64,000 nucleotides of DNA, taken from Nemertoderma westbladi (Eukaryota; Animalia; Xenacoelomorpha). Location: NCBI GenBank assembly GCA_032718475.1, contig JAUCBJ010007667.1, positions 63,825-127,824 on the forward strand, read 5' to 3'. How positions within the stretch are numbered: the stretch's first letter is position 1; every line of letters starts with the position of its first letter. The translations under genes were made by a program, and so were the position numbers. Below, in pieces: positions 34,915 to 47,044 of this stretch. The notes beneath the pieces were generated by a model. That model saw nothing but the letters and a program-made list of their open reading frames with translations, was not told the DNA's origin and searched no databases.

Positions 34915-36606
34915 ATGACACCGACTTTGCTGAGGTGCATCTTCGTGCAAATTCTGATCTATTTGATCGTAGATGTTGAAACGGCTTCTCGCGATGTAGA
35001 ACGTCGTTGTGAAGATATCACGATCCCAATGTGTCTCGGTATCGGGTACAACCTCACCTCTATGCCCAACCAGTTCAACCACAACAGCCAGGAGGAGGCT
35101 GGCCTGGAAGTCCATCAGTTCTGGCCCCTCGTCGAGATCCAATGCAGTAGCGACCTCCGCTTCTTCCTGTGCTCGATGTACGCGCCGATTTGCATCGAGA
35201 ACTACGACCAACCCCTGCGTGTCTGCAAGTCCGTCTGTCTGCGCGCGCAGAGCGGTTGCGCACCGCTGATGGAGCAGTACGGATTCGCGTGGCCCGACAG
35301 GATGCGATGCGACGACCTTCCCGAGTTCGGAAATCCGGAGGGGATCCTCTGCATGGACATAAACTCCACGGCGCAATCGACGCCGGCGCCCGCCACCACG
35401 CCGGGAAGAGGCGGCGGCGGCGGTGGCGGGAAAACCCCGCCACCCGCATCCATAACAACAACGGAAACCGCGGTCGACCTATTCGGGCCGGACAACAGAC
35501 CGGACAACCGACCTGAAAACTGTCTGTGTAGCTGCCCTCCGGACTTTCTAACACTGACATCGGAAGACCCGGGGTACAACAAGGTGGCCACGGGACACGT
35601 AGCCAACTGCGCCATACCCTGCCACTCCCCGTACGTAGAGGAGGACGAAAACACATTTGCCCAGTTCTGGATCGGCATGTGGTCCATCCTCTGTCTCGTC
35701 TCCACATCCATGACGGTGACAACCTTCCTAATCGATATGCCGCGGTTTAAGTACCCGGAGCGGCCGATCGCCTTCCTCTCGGGCTGCTACCTGCTGGTCG
35801 CCACCGGGTACATAATCCGTCTGGCCCTCGGACACCCGCAGGTGGCCTGCGACGCGAACGGCTCTATACGATACGACTCAACCGGGCCCGCACAGTGCAC
35901 CGTAGTGTTCCTACTCATATATTTCTTCGGGATGGCCTCCTCCATCTGGTGGGTAGTCCTCTCCTTCACGTGGTTCCTCTCCGCCGGCCTCAAGTGGGGC
36001 AGCGAGGCCGTCGCCTCCTACAGTCTGTACTTCCATCTGGCCGCGTGGTTGATCCCCTCGGTGTTCAGCTTCGCGGTTCTCGCGACCAGCAGCGTCGACG
36101 GCGACCCCATCGTCGGCATCTGTTACGTCGGCAACCAGAACATCACGAACCTCCGGGGCTTCGTCTTGGCCCCGCTGTGTTTCTACCTCTTCGTGGGAAC
36201 GTGTTTCCTCGCGGCGGGATTTGTCAGTCTGTTCCGCATACGGAATGTCATCAAACAGGGCGGAACGAAAACCGACAAACTCGAGAAACTAATGGTGCGA
36301 ATCGGGGTGTTCTCGGTGCTGTACACGGTGCCCGCGACCATAGTGATCGCCTGTCTCTTCTACGAGCAGCACTTCCGGGAGTCCTGGGAACTCTCCCGCA
36401 CCTGTGAGTGCGGCGTCCCCGAGAGTAAGCCGGACTTCTCCGTCTTTATGCTCAAATACTTTATGTGTCTCATAGTGGGTATCACCTCGGGGTTCTGGAT
36501 CTGGTCGGGTAAGACGCTGTACAGCTGGAAGCGTTTCATAAACAGGGTGTTGGGGCGTAAAGACGTCGTTCGCAGTCCCAAACAGGTGCCGTTAACTCAC
36601 GTGTGA
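34915..36606 (+). CDS. FZD5/8: Frizzled 5/8 Wnt receptor, 563 aa, intronless
   Basis: Signal peptide; CRD CEDITIPMCLGIGYNLTSMPNQFNHNSQEEAGLEVHQFWPLVEIQCS (Fz5/8 signature); 7TM region with RFKYPERPI and YFFGMASSIWWV; KTxxxW motif (KTLYSW); PDZ-binding end LTHV. Confidence 0.97.
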   Translation: MTPTLLRCIFVQILIYLIVDVETASRDVERRCEDITIPMCLGIGYNLTSMPNQFNHNSQEEAGLEVHQFWPLVEIQCSSDLRFFLCSMYAPICIENYDQPLRVCKSVCLRAQSGCAPLMEQYGFAWPDRMRCDDLPEFGNPEGILCMDINSTAQSTPAPATTPGRGGGGGGGKTPPPASITTTETAVDLFGPDNRPDNRPENCLCSCPPDFLTLTSEDPGYNKVATGHVANCAIPCHSPYVEEDENTFAQFWIGMWSILCLVSTSMTVTTFLIDMPRFKYPERPIAFLSGCYLLVATGYIIRLALGHPQVACDANGSIRYDSTGPAQCTVVFLLIYFFGMASSIWWVVLSFTWFLSAGLKWGSEAVASYSLYFHLAAWLIPSVFSFAVLATSSVDGDPIVGICYVGNQNITNLRGFVLAPLCFYLFVGTCFLAAGFVSLFRIRNVIKQGGTKTDKLEKLMVRIGVFSVLYTVPATIVIACLFYEQHFRESWELSRTCECGVPESKPDFSVFMLKYFMCLIVGITSGFWIWSGKTLYSWKRFINRVLGRKDVVRSPKQVPLTHV

Positions 36607-36736
36607 GAGCGAACCTTGGGAGTATTTAATTAATAAATAAATAAATAAAATGAATTTTTATTGTTTCTGCGCCGCAGATTTTGAGTGGCGCGGTGAAGGA
36701 GCGAATAGTTCGATACCCGGTGTCAGTGAGCTCGAA

Positions 36737-36931
36737 ACTCGGTGAGTTCGATACTCGGTGAGTTTGATACTCGGTGAGTTCGATACTCGGTGAGTTCGAT
36801 ACTCGGTGTCAGTGAGCTCGAAACTCGGTGAGTTCGATACTCGGTGAGTTCGATACTCGGTGAGTTCGATACTCGGTGAGTTCGATACTCGGTGAGTTCG
36901 GTACTCGGTGAGTTCGATACTCGGTGAGTTC
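36737..36931. repeat. 16-bp tandem repeat (ACTCGGTGAGTTCGAT)
   Basis: About 12 direct copies. Confidence 0.95.
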
Positions 36932-37083
36932 GCTTGTTCAAAATAAAATTAATATTTGGTGTAGAAAATTAAATACAAATATTAATTGATAGTTAAAATG
37001 CCTTTAAATAAACAATAATTAACATTACGGTGATTAATTAGAACCCAAAGTCACGTAATTTACTTTCAGCATCAATGTGAACT

Positions 37084-37472
37084 CGCGTTCACTTAGTGAG
37101 TACCGAGTACGCGTTCACTTAGTGAGTACCGAGTACGCGTTCACTTAGTGAGTACCGAGTACGCGTTCGCTTAGTGAGTACCGAGTACGCGTTCACTTAG
37201 TGAGTACCGAGTACGCGTTCGCTTAGTGAGTACCGAGTACGCGTTCGCTTAGTGAGTACCGAGTACGCGTTCACTTAGTGAGTACCGAGTACGCGTTCAC
37301 TTAGTGAGTACCGAGTACGCGTTCGCTTAGTGAGTACCGAGTACGCGTTCACTTAGTGAGTACCGAGTACGCGTTCACTTAGTGAGTACCGAGTACGCGT
37401 TCGCTTAGTGAGTACCGAGTACGCGTTCACTTAGTGAGTACCGAGTACGCGTTCACTTAGCGAGTACCGAGT
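37084..37472. repeat. 26-bp tandem repeat (CGCGTTCACTTAGTGAGTACCGAGTA)
   Basis: About 15 near-identical copies with a single recurring A/G variant site. Confidence 0.97.
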
Positions 37473-39039
37473 TTCCGCGAGTACTACTCGCTCCTTTTAC
37501 CCATAAGACTAGCCAGAGAATCGCCGCGTGGGAGTGCCGTAGTGCGCCCAGGGCGATTAGCGTGGCACCTATTTTAGTGCAGTAAACATACCATTGGCCA
37601 AATGAACTCCGATAGCGATAGACTTTACGTGTTTCTTGAGACGCGAGATCCGTTTTTATTTATTTTACGGTTTGTTACTTTTTTTTGTGAAGCTAAAGTC
37701 CCATAGAGTAGAGATATTGGACCCCTGACTAACACCATATCGTGTAATAACCGCCAGTACAATTAATATTCAACGCGATTTTACTGCGATGTTGTTAATA
37801 TTTTTAAGTGTCGTTTTGATTGTTTTACGATACTCAGTGTCGTGTAGTTGACCTGTTAATGTCGTAAAACCGACAATAAACACACCGGCTCATCACTGCA
37901 AACCCGTCACATTCATCTCACTATGTTATTTTATCGAGACTCGCGTAATCGACTTGTTTATCATTTATATATTGCACCTCGGCACTATTTTTATATATAA
38001 AATTTATTTAAAAAAATATAATAATAATAAGGTTTTCGATTTGAAGGTCTCTTAGCTACTCTACTGTAGGTAATAACTGTAGTTAGTTGATTGAATTACT
38101 TTGTCTCATCATGTCGGAATCGACGCAAAATGATTTTAAATCACAATAATTATTTATACTGGAAGTCGTTTCTGTATCAATAAATTTAATATAATAATTT
38201 TTGTATTTTTTAGTTGTGTAAGTAAGAAAGGCTCCTCCATTATGTATAGTAAATTATGTGCGTATATATATATGTATATGTCATGCGTATACGGTAGTAA
38301 ATATCTTAATATATATATACAGCAAAACCGCATATAATATATAGTTAGTAAAATTCATTTTTCATTTATACTTTTTGCGGCCAGATTTATAATCAGTTTA
38401 TCAAATTTTAAAACGATATTTATATTTTCACCGCGGTTCGTAACTAACTAACTCGCGAATCGGTTCACGTTGTCGCACTTTTTACGTGTTCCTATAGGCT
38501 GTATAATATTTCCACGTAATATCGTCCGTGTGCGTGTAGATTTGGTTAATAACTGTTACGTAATGAATTATATTTTAGTCACGGTAGAATCGAATGCAGC
38601 ACATTATTATTATGTACAAAAAACACACACGACGTCTAGTTGTAACTCTTTATTTTCCAAAGCAAATATTGGTCATTCTCCCCTGTATTATTGGAATGTC
38701 CTTACGTCAATCACTCTTGGGGCGGGAGCAATAGTAATGATTGACATATATATTATGTCCTTTACAGAACAAACGGTAAACATCAGTGCCTGGTATCACC
38801 GCAGCCCCAACTAGAAGGAATATTATCTTTCTTATCGTAATGATTTCTGTTCTCTACCTGTACTTTGTTTGACTATGGCCCCGAACATTAAACATTCTCT
38901 TTGACTTAAACTAAACTATCTATAACCACCCAAGTGATGAATTCTCAGCGAAAATAAGCCAAATCAACAGCCATATAAACGTGTTATATTGTTTGCAGAT
39001 ATTTTTTATGAATTGGAATTCTGTTAGGAAATGATCAGA

Positions 39040-39253
39040 TAGGCGGGGGAACTTTCGACGCAATTAACAGCTGATTAACTCCAAAGAATAAATCATTTTA
39101 TATTGACTATAGTTTATTGTTTAGGTTAGAATAATGTGCCATTGTAACATGCACTTTTCCCCAAATTGTTATAAGTTAACATTAAGGCGAGATATAAATT
39201 CGCCGAGATATGTGAAGTGCGTCAAGTCCCCCCCCCCCCCCCCCCCCCCCCCC
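39040..39253 (-). mobile_element. Second copy of the poly-G-ended shared-core element
   Basis: Reverse complement reads G-run...GGCGAATTTATATCTCGCCTTAATGTTAA...CAATTTGGGGAAAAGTGCATGTTACAATGGCAC, colinear with the 21124-21378 copy. Confidence 0.7.
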
Positions 39254-42200
39254 TGTCCCACAATGATATTTACTCTACTGAAAAATCTATTTTTCCCTCA
39301 TAATTATAATTTATCAAAATCTTAACTATATGGAACTGTAGACATAATGATAATCTCCCTGTGAAAGATTTTTTATACAACCGTATTGTAGGAACGCATG
39401 CCCGAAACGAAAGCCTCCTATATGAATTCAGTCATTGCCATGGATTTATCGGACCGCGTCATTGCACTTGGTTGCATTCCTCACCACTAAACCCATAGAT
39501 TAATCAAAGCCATGTGTTTATCGCGTTCCACGCAATTGGGTCCCCTATTATGTCACTCCGATGGGGGAGGGCAAATCCAGCCTTAGCGGGGATCACTGTC
39601 CTATAAGCTACGCTTATTACCCATCCAATATTGGCAACGCCGCCCGATTCGTCTTATATAGACCACTCCAACCCCATGCACTGCGCATACAGTGTCCTCT
39701 ACTACAGATATGGTCTATTGTTACAGAGCAATTAGGCCGCAATAATGGGGCCGTGAGTTTCCAACCTTCCACTGCCCACCCAATTAGTACCAGTGGAGAG
39801 GCAAAAACAAAGAGGTCCTTTCAGCTATGCGACCCGCTGGGTTCGAGGCCTACTATGCCGAAAGGTACCCCACTGGGCCCCAATAATACATTAGAGATAT
39901 TGTATTTGACTATATATATATATATTGACGGGGCCTTAGTGCTTGACGTTGTAATGCGACGTCCGCACTCACATATTGGGCGGAGTAGTTCGGACTAATT
40001 AGCCCGAGCCAGGCCCCCACCATTATCAATCGCGCATATTTGGCAAGTAGCAGCCTTATGTGTCATATCCAATTGCTGAGCGAGCTAAGGGACTGGGACT
40101 GTTTACAAAGGCTGGCGCTTAGCTCCCAGGTCCACATAATAGCCACAGGGAAATGTATTGCAGCAACCATTCATCCCCCCGCTCTCTCTCTCTCTCTCTC
40201 TCGGCCGGCCAGCACACAACGTTAGCGAGGCCAGGCCCAGTAGATAATGAGTTGTACGACCGACCAACAGAGTTGCCCGCAGTAATTCAACGTTCCAATT
40301 CGGTCGAGGCAGCTTTCGATCCCTCCCCCTCCCACACCGCGGTGATGCAGGGTTGAGGCAGCTCTCGCGTAAATTGAGATTGCTGGCTGCCCCCCGGCTA
40401 TAGGCTTCTACGGCGGATGAGGGGAGGGCGTGCGATAGAGGGTATGGCTTGTCTGTTCTTCGTGTCCATAGGTTTTCATCATACACCTATAGCTGAGCAT
40501 TGGCACAGTCGTGTAAGCAGCAAACACCTCATCTCATCATCCAGCCAACTGTACTGCTGCAAAATATACATATGGAATAATAGATATTATAGTTAGAAAG
40601 AATATGATTGCTTGCGTGCGTAATGCATTGGCTAGAATTGTCAGTAGGACATCCTTGCTTCTCTTTTCTCGTTGTATGCATGCATATGCGCTATCTAAGA
40701 AGATACGAACCAAGTTATCAACAAATTCTCCTGCGCAAACCACTTCAAATGGCTGAAGTGAATACATTGCAATAATGCCAAGGAGTAATGCCTGCGCCCA
40801 ATGCGCTGCAACAGTCCTACAATTATATTCCGTGCGCAGAGCGTAAGTAATTAATTTTCCTGCTGGTCGTATCGCGTATTGCAGTTATGCTGTTCCCCAT
40901 TCGATATTATATTTCAGTTCCGCATCCAACCTAATATAATTATACCAACTGACTGACTGGCAACTATCTGCAAAGATCCAGAAATCATTGGATGACTACT
41001 GCTGTTCCCCCGGCAGCCAACCACTGGACATCGTGAATGTTGTAATTTATTAGCAGCGGTTATTTTTAGAATTATTCCACAACCCGTTCTCCTCCCAGTC
41101 GGGATAATTTAATAGGCCCATAAATTATGTCTTCCTATTCCTAGTGCAGTTAATAGCGGCATGATTGGCGTCCGTTATCCGCCTTGGGTTGGCCATCGGG
41201 TTACCACCCATCCACAAGCACAATCGATCGCTCCTCATCTGCTACCATGATTAGGAAACATTATTGACTGTTCGAACTACTGCCCGGTAATTGAATGCAA
41301 AATACAATACCAATAATAATTACATGACATGCAGCATAAACCACCTACATATTTATTGCGTAGCGATAACACAGCTTTTAATGGACAACTCCATGTTCAT
41401 TAATAATTTATGTGCATTTTTAATTAATCAATTTTGTTATGGCATTTCTCAAACCGTTACTTGCCAATGTGTGAATACATCTGTTATTTGTTTGGGACTT
41501 TTGGCATGTATCAGTGCTACAATGACTGACTTTCTTTACATCTTGAAAGAAAAGTATACAAGACAACAGTTGGTATATACTGATAACATATGGGGCATGT
41601 GGTAATTCAGATTGTTTCTAGATACGTCTGCCAATCACATCACTCAAATATTGTGTGACAATGACATACTACATTGGCATTTGTTCATTTCATTATCTCA
41701 ATGCGTAAAAGTTATCTTGTTATGAAAAGTTAAGAGAAATACGAGCACCAAGCATCATTTGTAATGCACAAACCATTTTATATATTTACACAAAAATATT
41801 TGCCGTATTATTATGTTATTTGTAAATAGATTTGTCAATCCATACACTGGTGTTCATGTATGTGGGCAGACAACTTATTAGGAAGATCGGACGTACAAAT
41901 AAAACTTGTCAAATTGAAATCTTCAACTCCTGCTGAGTCTAAGTTTCAACATCCTGATATGAACGTAATAAGGGCTTTTATATGGATGGGGGATCCCCAT
42001 CGAAGCTTTACTGCAGGCTAGACTGGCTGATTCTATATACATACAGCCCCTTTTGATTCTCTGAAGAGGACCTTACAGTATTATAATGCTTAAAGTGTAG
42101 GTCTATAGTAAATTGGTAAACACCCAGTTGGAGATTGATTCACTCACATGCTATCTGTCTGGCTGGCCTGTCAGACTACATGTCATATTATCACTGGCTG

Positions 42201-42554
42201 GCCAGCCTCCAAAGTGGCGGAACCTAATTCCCAGGTGTGAATGCTGATAGTTTGTCTGTTTTGCTACAGTTTGACTAACTAATGTGCTGTGAAATGAAAT
42301 TACAATGTTATCAACCAAATTAATAACTACAAATAATTTATATATTCCACCAACGTTACAACGTTCCCTCTTGTCTGTATTAGTAATAGCAAACGCTTTA
42401 GATTTACGTTTTGTCCCCAAATAGTTTGTTTATCAGTATACGAAATAATGTATTTTATTTATCTGAAGTATGTAAGTTAATAAAGTACTTTCATTATGCT
42501 GAGCTATAGAAATAGTTACTGTTACACCCGGAAGTCCTGCCAAAAAAGACACAG

Positions 42555-42727
42555 CCTCGGTAAAATCGCCGCAAATAACAGCTGATTGCTCTCACAATTA
42601 AAACTGTAACCTGTTCTAATAATTTTCGTTTAATGTTTTGGTCTTGACACTGTAACCTGATCTTTTCAATTAATTGATAATGTAACATTGAGGCTGTAGA
42701 TAAATTTTCGCCGGGATGGGATTTGCC
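42555..42727 (-). mobile_element. Third copy of the shared-core element
   Basis: Reverse complement reads GGCGAAAATTTATC..GCCTCAATGTTA..CAGGTTACAGTG..ACCAAAACATTAAAC..AACAGGTTACAGTTTTA..ATCAGCTGTTATTT, colinear with the 21.1-kb copy. Confidence 0.7.
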
Positions 42728-43883
42728 AAATATGTCTCCAAATAGGTATGAACTCGACATATTAAGGTCACTACAAAAATCATTAAGGCCACTAACTGCT
42801 CTGCCGTATTATCGCATACCCTATTTTTGCTTTGGTGTAATGTTGCTCATAAAGTATGTCGCTCATAGTACTTTCACCAGTAGTGTTGTCATCGCGAATA
42901 GCACCGCTAATGCAAAGTGACTGACCATCTATCTACATTATTAATGCGAATTTTTTACTGAGGTATTATCGGACGACGTATACGCACGCACGGAAAGCTT
43001 GTGGGGTTTCTCTCCCTTCTAGTTTAGGTGTACAGCACCACCCGAAAGAGAAACCCTTTGAATATTGTCATAGAATAGATAGCATATGTAACTAAGGCAA
43101 CCAGGTAAGGATCACGCACTGCGGGCTAAGCTCGATGTATCCTTAGTGGGAGCTGGACTAAGGCAAGCTTCCGTTGTCCTTATGATGGGATGGGAGGGAA
43201 TGGACCGAGAAGCAAAGTATATCCATTATTCCTTCCTGGCTAGTAGCCAAGGATTTGGTTGCCCCTCGCCTAGCATAGTAAGAGGCGACGCGGTGGGTTG
43301 GGTGGACCAGGCAGAAATAAGGCACTGACGACAGGCCAGTATCCATCCCTAATGCGTGAGCGCGGGCCGCTTCCTGCTACCTCCATAACCATCACGGGAC
43401 CGTAAGCATGATGGCAGTCAGAATAGAGAGAGAGATAGGCCTAGCTATACGCTTGGTTGAGCATTCAGCCAATGTGTGAGGGTATTGAGATGGGGGGGGG
43501 GGGGGGGGGATAGAGGTAATGGACTGGGAGGGGACCAAAACTGTCTCCATATGCATAAGAGAGTGCTGACCCGGAACGGAAATCCATTAGCGACAAGGGT
43601 AGAACATTAACACACTATAGCTCATTATAATGTTAACAAAAGTCTTAGCAGGTTTAGCAACACGTTGTCTGGTTCTGCGCCTTAGGTGCCCCCATCGTTT
43701 GGGAGGCATCAACCAAACAACATCAGAAATTAAAGCATATTTGGGATTATGACATAATGATATTGGTAGTAGGCATACAAACAATAATACTCGTGCGATT
43801 CGTCTACTAGTCACGTGCGATTGTCTGCTTTGTGCGATGCAACTGTCTGCAACTTATTCTACAGTAATTTGCTCTAATTCCAC

Positions 43884-44603
43884 ACTACTACTACTAATAA
43901 TCGGCCTGCTGCATTGGAACTGCACATTGAGATGCTATGCCAGCTTAACAAAAATATTATTAAAAACCAGGCAATCCACAAGTGAGCTATGCCGGTGTAC
44001 AAGGCTGAGATAACTCCCTTTTGAAATGACTCCCCAGTCATCTCAGCCTAGGCTGAGAACACTCCCCAGTTATCTCAGCGTAGGCTGAGAACACTCCCCA
44101 GTTATCTCAGCCTAGACTGAGAACACTCCCCAGTTATCTCAGCCTAGGCTGAGATGACTCCCCTTAGGCTGAGATGACTCCCCTTAGGCTGAGATGACTC
44201 CCCTTAGGCTGAGATGACTCCCCTAATTGACTTGAAGTTCATATCCGTACTTGTGTTATTTTCGTATATTGCAAAAATAAAACTGTAACCTATGTTATTG
44301 AGTTATCGTTTATTATTTTGGTTAGAAAAGCCCGCCACTAAACCTGTTCCTTTCCGTTAATTAAGAAATCTAGGAAGAAAACTGGTGAGTACTCCCTGCC
44401 TAGGCTGAGAAGACTGGGGAGTGGTGTTCTCAACATAGGCTGAGAAGACTGGGGAGTCATGTTTGGTGGGGAGATTCTCAGCCTGTTGCTGTTACATCGG
44501 CTTATCAACAAAATTGCATCGCCACAACTCCCTATCCCATCCCCCATGACTTTCGCGAGATCATCCGCATCTTCAAAGCCAGTGCCCTTTAGGAGGCATC
44601 TCA
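43884..44603 (-). mobile_element. RTE LINE 3' fragment split by a later insertion
   Basis: (TAG)n tail and 3'UTR at 43884-43955; LKGTGFEDADDLAKVMGD at ~44490-44603, matching LKDTRLEDADDLANVMGD. Confidence 0.8.
44000..44486. mobile_element. MITE-like element with palindromic subterminal repeats and the shared core
   Basis: Ends AGGCTGAGATAACTCCC / GGGAGATTCTCAGCCT; 32-bp and 20-bp tandem units built on the palindrome TCTCAGCCTAGGCTGAGA; shared core in minus orientation at 44265-44370. Confidence 0.7.
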
Positions 44604-47044
44604 CTGCCATACATTAGCAGAGAAAAGCAATAATCATGCAATTAATTGTCAAAATATACGAACGTTATACACCAAGTTCTCAGCGACAAATATATGTGAT
44701 AAAGGCATGAAGCATTTACTAGTCAAAACAGCTATTTAATGGTTCACTCTACTGTTATGTTGGTGGACCGTGGGGGATTGAGTTCACATCCTCCATTTTG
44801 TTAAACTGTGAACAAATATCAGGGTGTGGACTTCGATAATTAATATTTTCATGTTTTATGAAAACAGTTTGTAGTTTATTGATCTCGGTACTATTATGTT
44901 TGTTTGGGTTCATGGCTGTTAAAAAGCTTCCTCGCTATTTTAGCATAAAAAAAAGGCAAGAATATGACAAATTCTTGGCGAACAATAATGTGAACATTCA
45001 GCAACATTAACAAATATTCAGCAACATGATGCTTTTAATGGTACAGTAGATCGTGAATAATGGGTTATAAACCCGTTCGCGGTTGGTTTGTGCCATATAC
45101 AGTTATATTTTGCCATATGGTTATTGTACATTGTAAAAAATAAAAGCCAATATAAATTAGTTATATAGAATAACATGCAAACTTGTGAAACAGAAAGCAA
45201 TAAATATATTCATAATCAGCTGATTCGAGAAATTTGAGGTGGAAATTTGATTCAGATAAAATTTTTTATCTCGAATATCAATATATTTCTCTTTGGTGGG
45301 ATGGAAGTTAATCTCTTATTGTCTCTATGTCTCTATGGTTAATTCTGACAGTTGTAGTAGATTCAATGCCCCTAAAGGTGGTCAATATCTCAAATATTAT
45401 TGAGGGCGCTACGTGTTTTCGGATGCTGTTTTCTTCAGCTTGTACTTTTGGTGTTTTTAAACATGGAGCTGATGAAAATGTTCATTTACGGTCTTTACTT
45501 TGAGTCTACATAAGCGCACCCCCAATACACTTAATATAAAAGTCTACATGCAAGTTTAACATACTGTATATGCAATTTTATCTATGTTGTACTTACAGTA
45601 GGATTTATCTTCGTGCTTTCAAAGGAACCATAAACCATGGAATTTCGTCCAGGAGGGGTTAAAATTTAAGTTAATATTACTTCTCTACTTAATTTTAGGG
45701 CGGTTTTAAACACTTTTTTTTTAACTTTGACAATGAATTTAACTTTGTAACACTTTTTTTTAACTATAGGCTACGGGGGGGGGGGGGGGGGGTACACCGA
45801 ATGTACACAATATTGGTCCAAAATATGTCGAAATTATGTTTATGATCTATTATAATGCACGATTAAATGGTGTTGCGAAATCTGAAAACCGGAAATAGAA
45901 AGAGGGGTGAAAATTATTAATTTTTGCATTAACAATGTTGAAATTTGAAGAAGTTTTACTTATCTTTTTTCATATTTAAATTTGCGGGCAGCCGCAGCAC
46001 TACTGCTGTTTTAGGGACTGCAGTTACTGCTGTATTGTACTGCTGTGCAGTCATTAACGTTATAGCTCACATCTACTGGTAGGCGGTATACCAACTGACA
46101 ACTACAGAACTATACGGCTTCTCGTACAGTTGCAGTTCGGTTTCGGTCTAACGTTGCTGTAGCAGGCTGTAGCATGACTGGTATGGATATATTGTATTTT
46201 GATCACACAAGCTGACTATTAGCCTAGTTATTACACGAACATTTAGGGTGAATTTAATAATTCAATTTAACCCTAACTTATGTAGATACAATTGGAGACT
46301 GGAACAGGGACGACTCTTGGAATTAACTTAAACTCTACATATCATATGAACTGCATAATATCTGTCTGTCATTATTTTGGTACCAGTAGGCCTACTATAA
46401 ACTGTTCAGTATTTTGCATAATATTTGCATCATACAGTATATATTATATATCGTTTGATGTCAGTATTAAATATGCGTTTGATGTGCGTATTACATATGC
46501 GTTCGATATCTAAATTTACATATTATTTATACTGTAAAATAATCTCCAATTTGTTGTCGTTACGTCTAGTCGTTTATTTATCTTATTATGTGGGCCTACA
46601 GTACATAATAATACTAGAATTAGCTAACTGTTATAAGTGAAAATGTGTCGCTGGTTGTTGTGGTAACAATAAGAAATGCGGGATATTCAATAAAATGATT
46701 TTCCACATAAAGAATGTTTTCCTACTTATTGTGAAAAGTGAAAGCAGTGAGAAACTGGACATTGAAAAACTTAAAAATCATGTTTAAAATCGCCGACAGT
46801 AGGGGGATGTAATATTATTAAAATCCAAAATTTGCGGGAAATTTTGGAGGTTTTTTTGTATAACGTTAGTGACCTACTGTATGTATAAAAATACCGAACT
46901 GTCTGTCAAAATAAAAACTAACTTTAGATTCGCAAACAGCGAACTCTAATTATAAAAATGTTTTTAAATCCGATTCTGAAAAAAATTGAAGAAAAATATG
47001 AAATTATTCTAAAACTTCACAGGCTTGTAAAACACACCCAATTA

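Larger units (their letters stand above)
36692..37501. mobile_element. MITE-like element whose two arms are expanded into minisatellites
   Basis: Imperfect TIRs GGTGAAGGAGCGAATAGT (36692-36709) and ACTACTCGCTCCTTTTACC (37483-37501) enclose two arrays and an AT-rich spacer. No TSD seen. Confidence 0.6.

Noticed and set aside
34870-36581. Several ORFs overlapping frizzled
   Set aside because: Shadow ORFs of a GC-rich CDS.
42494-42760. 88-aa ORF with gag-like LIEKIRLQCQDQNIKRKLLEQ
   Set aside because: The DNA is a copy of the non-coding shared-core element, so the resemblance is coincidental.
45405-45445. Possible hammerhead ribozyme on the minus strand (CTGAAGA...GAAA)
   Set aside because: Stems I and II cannot be formed convincingly.
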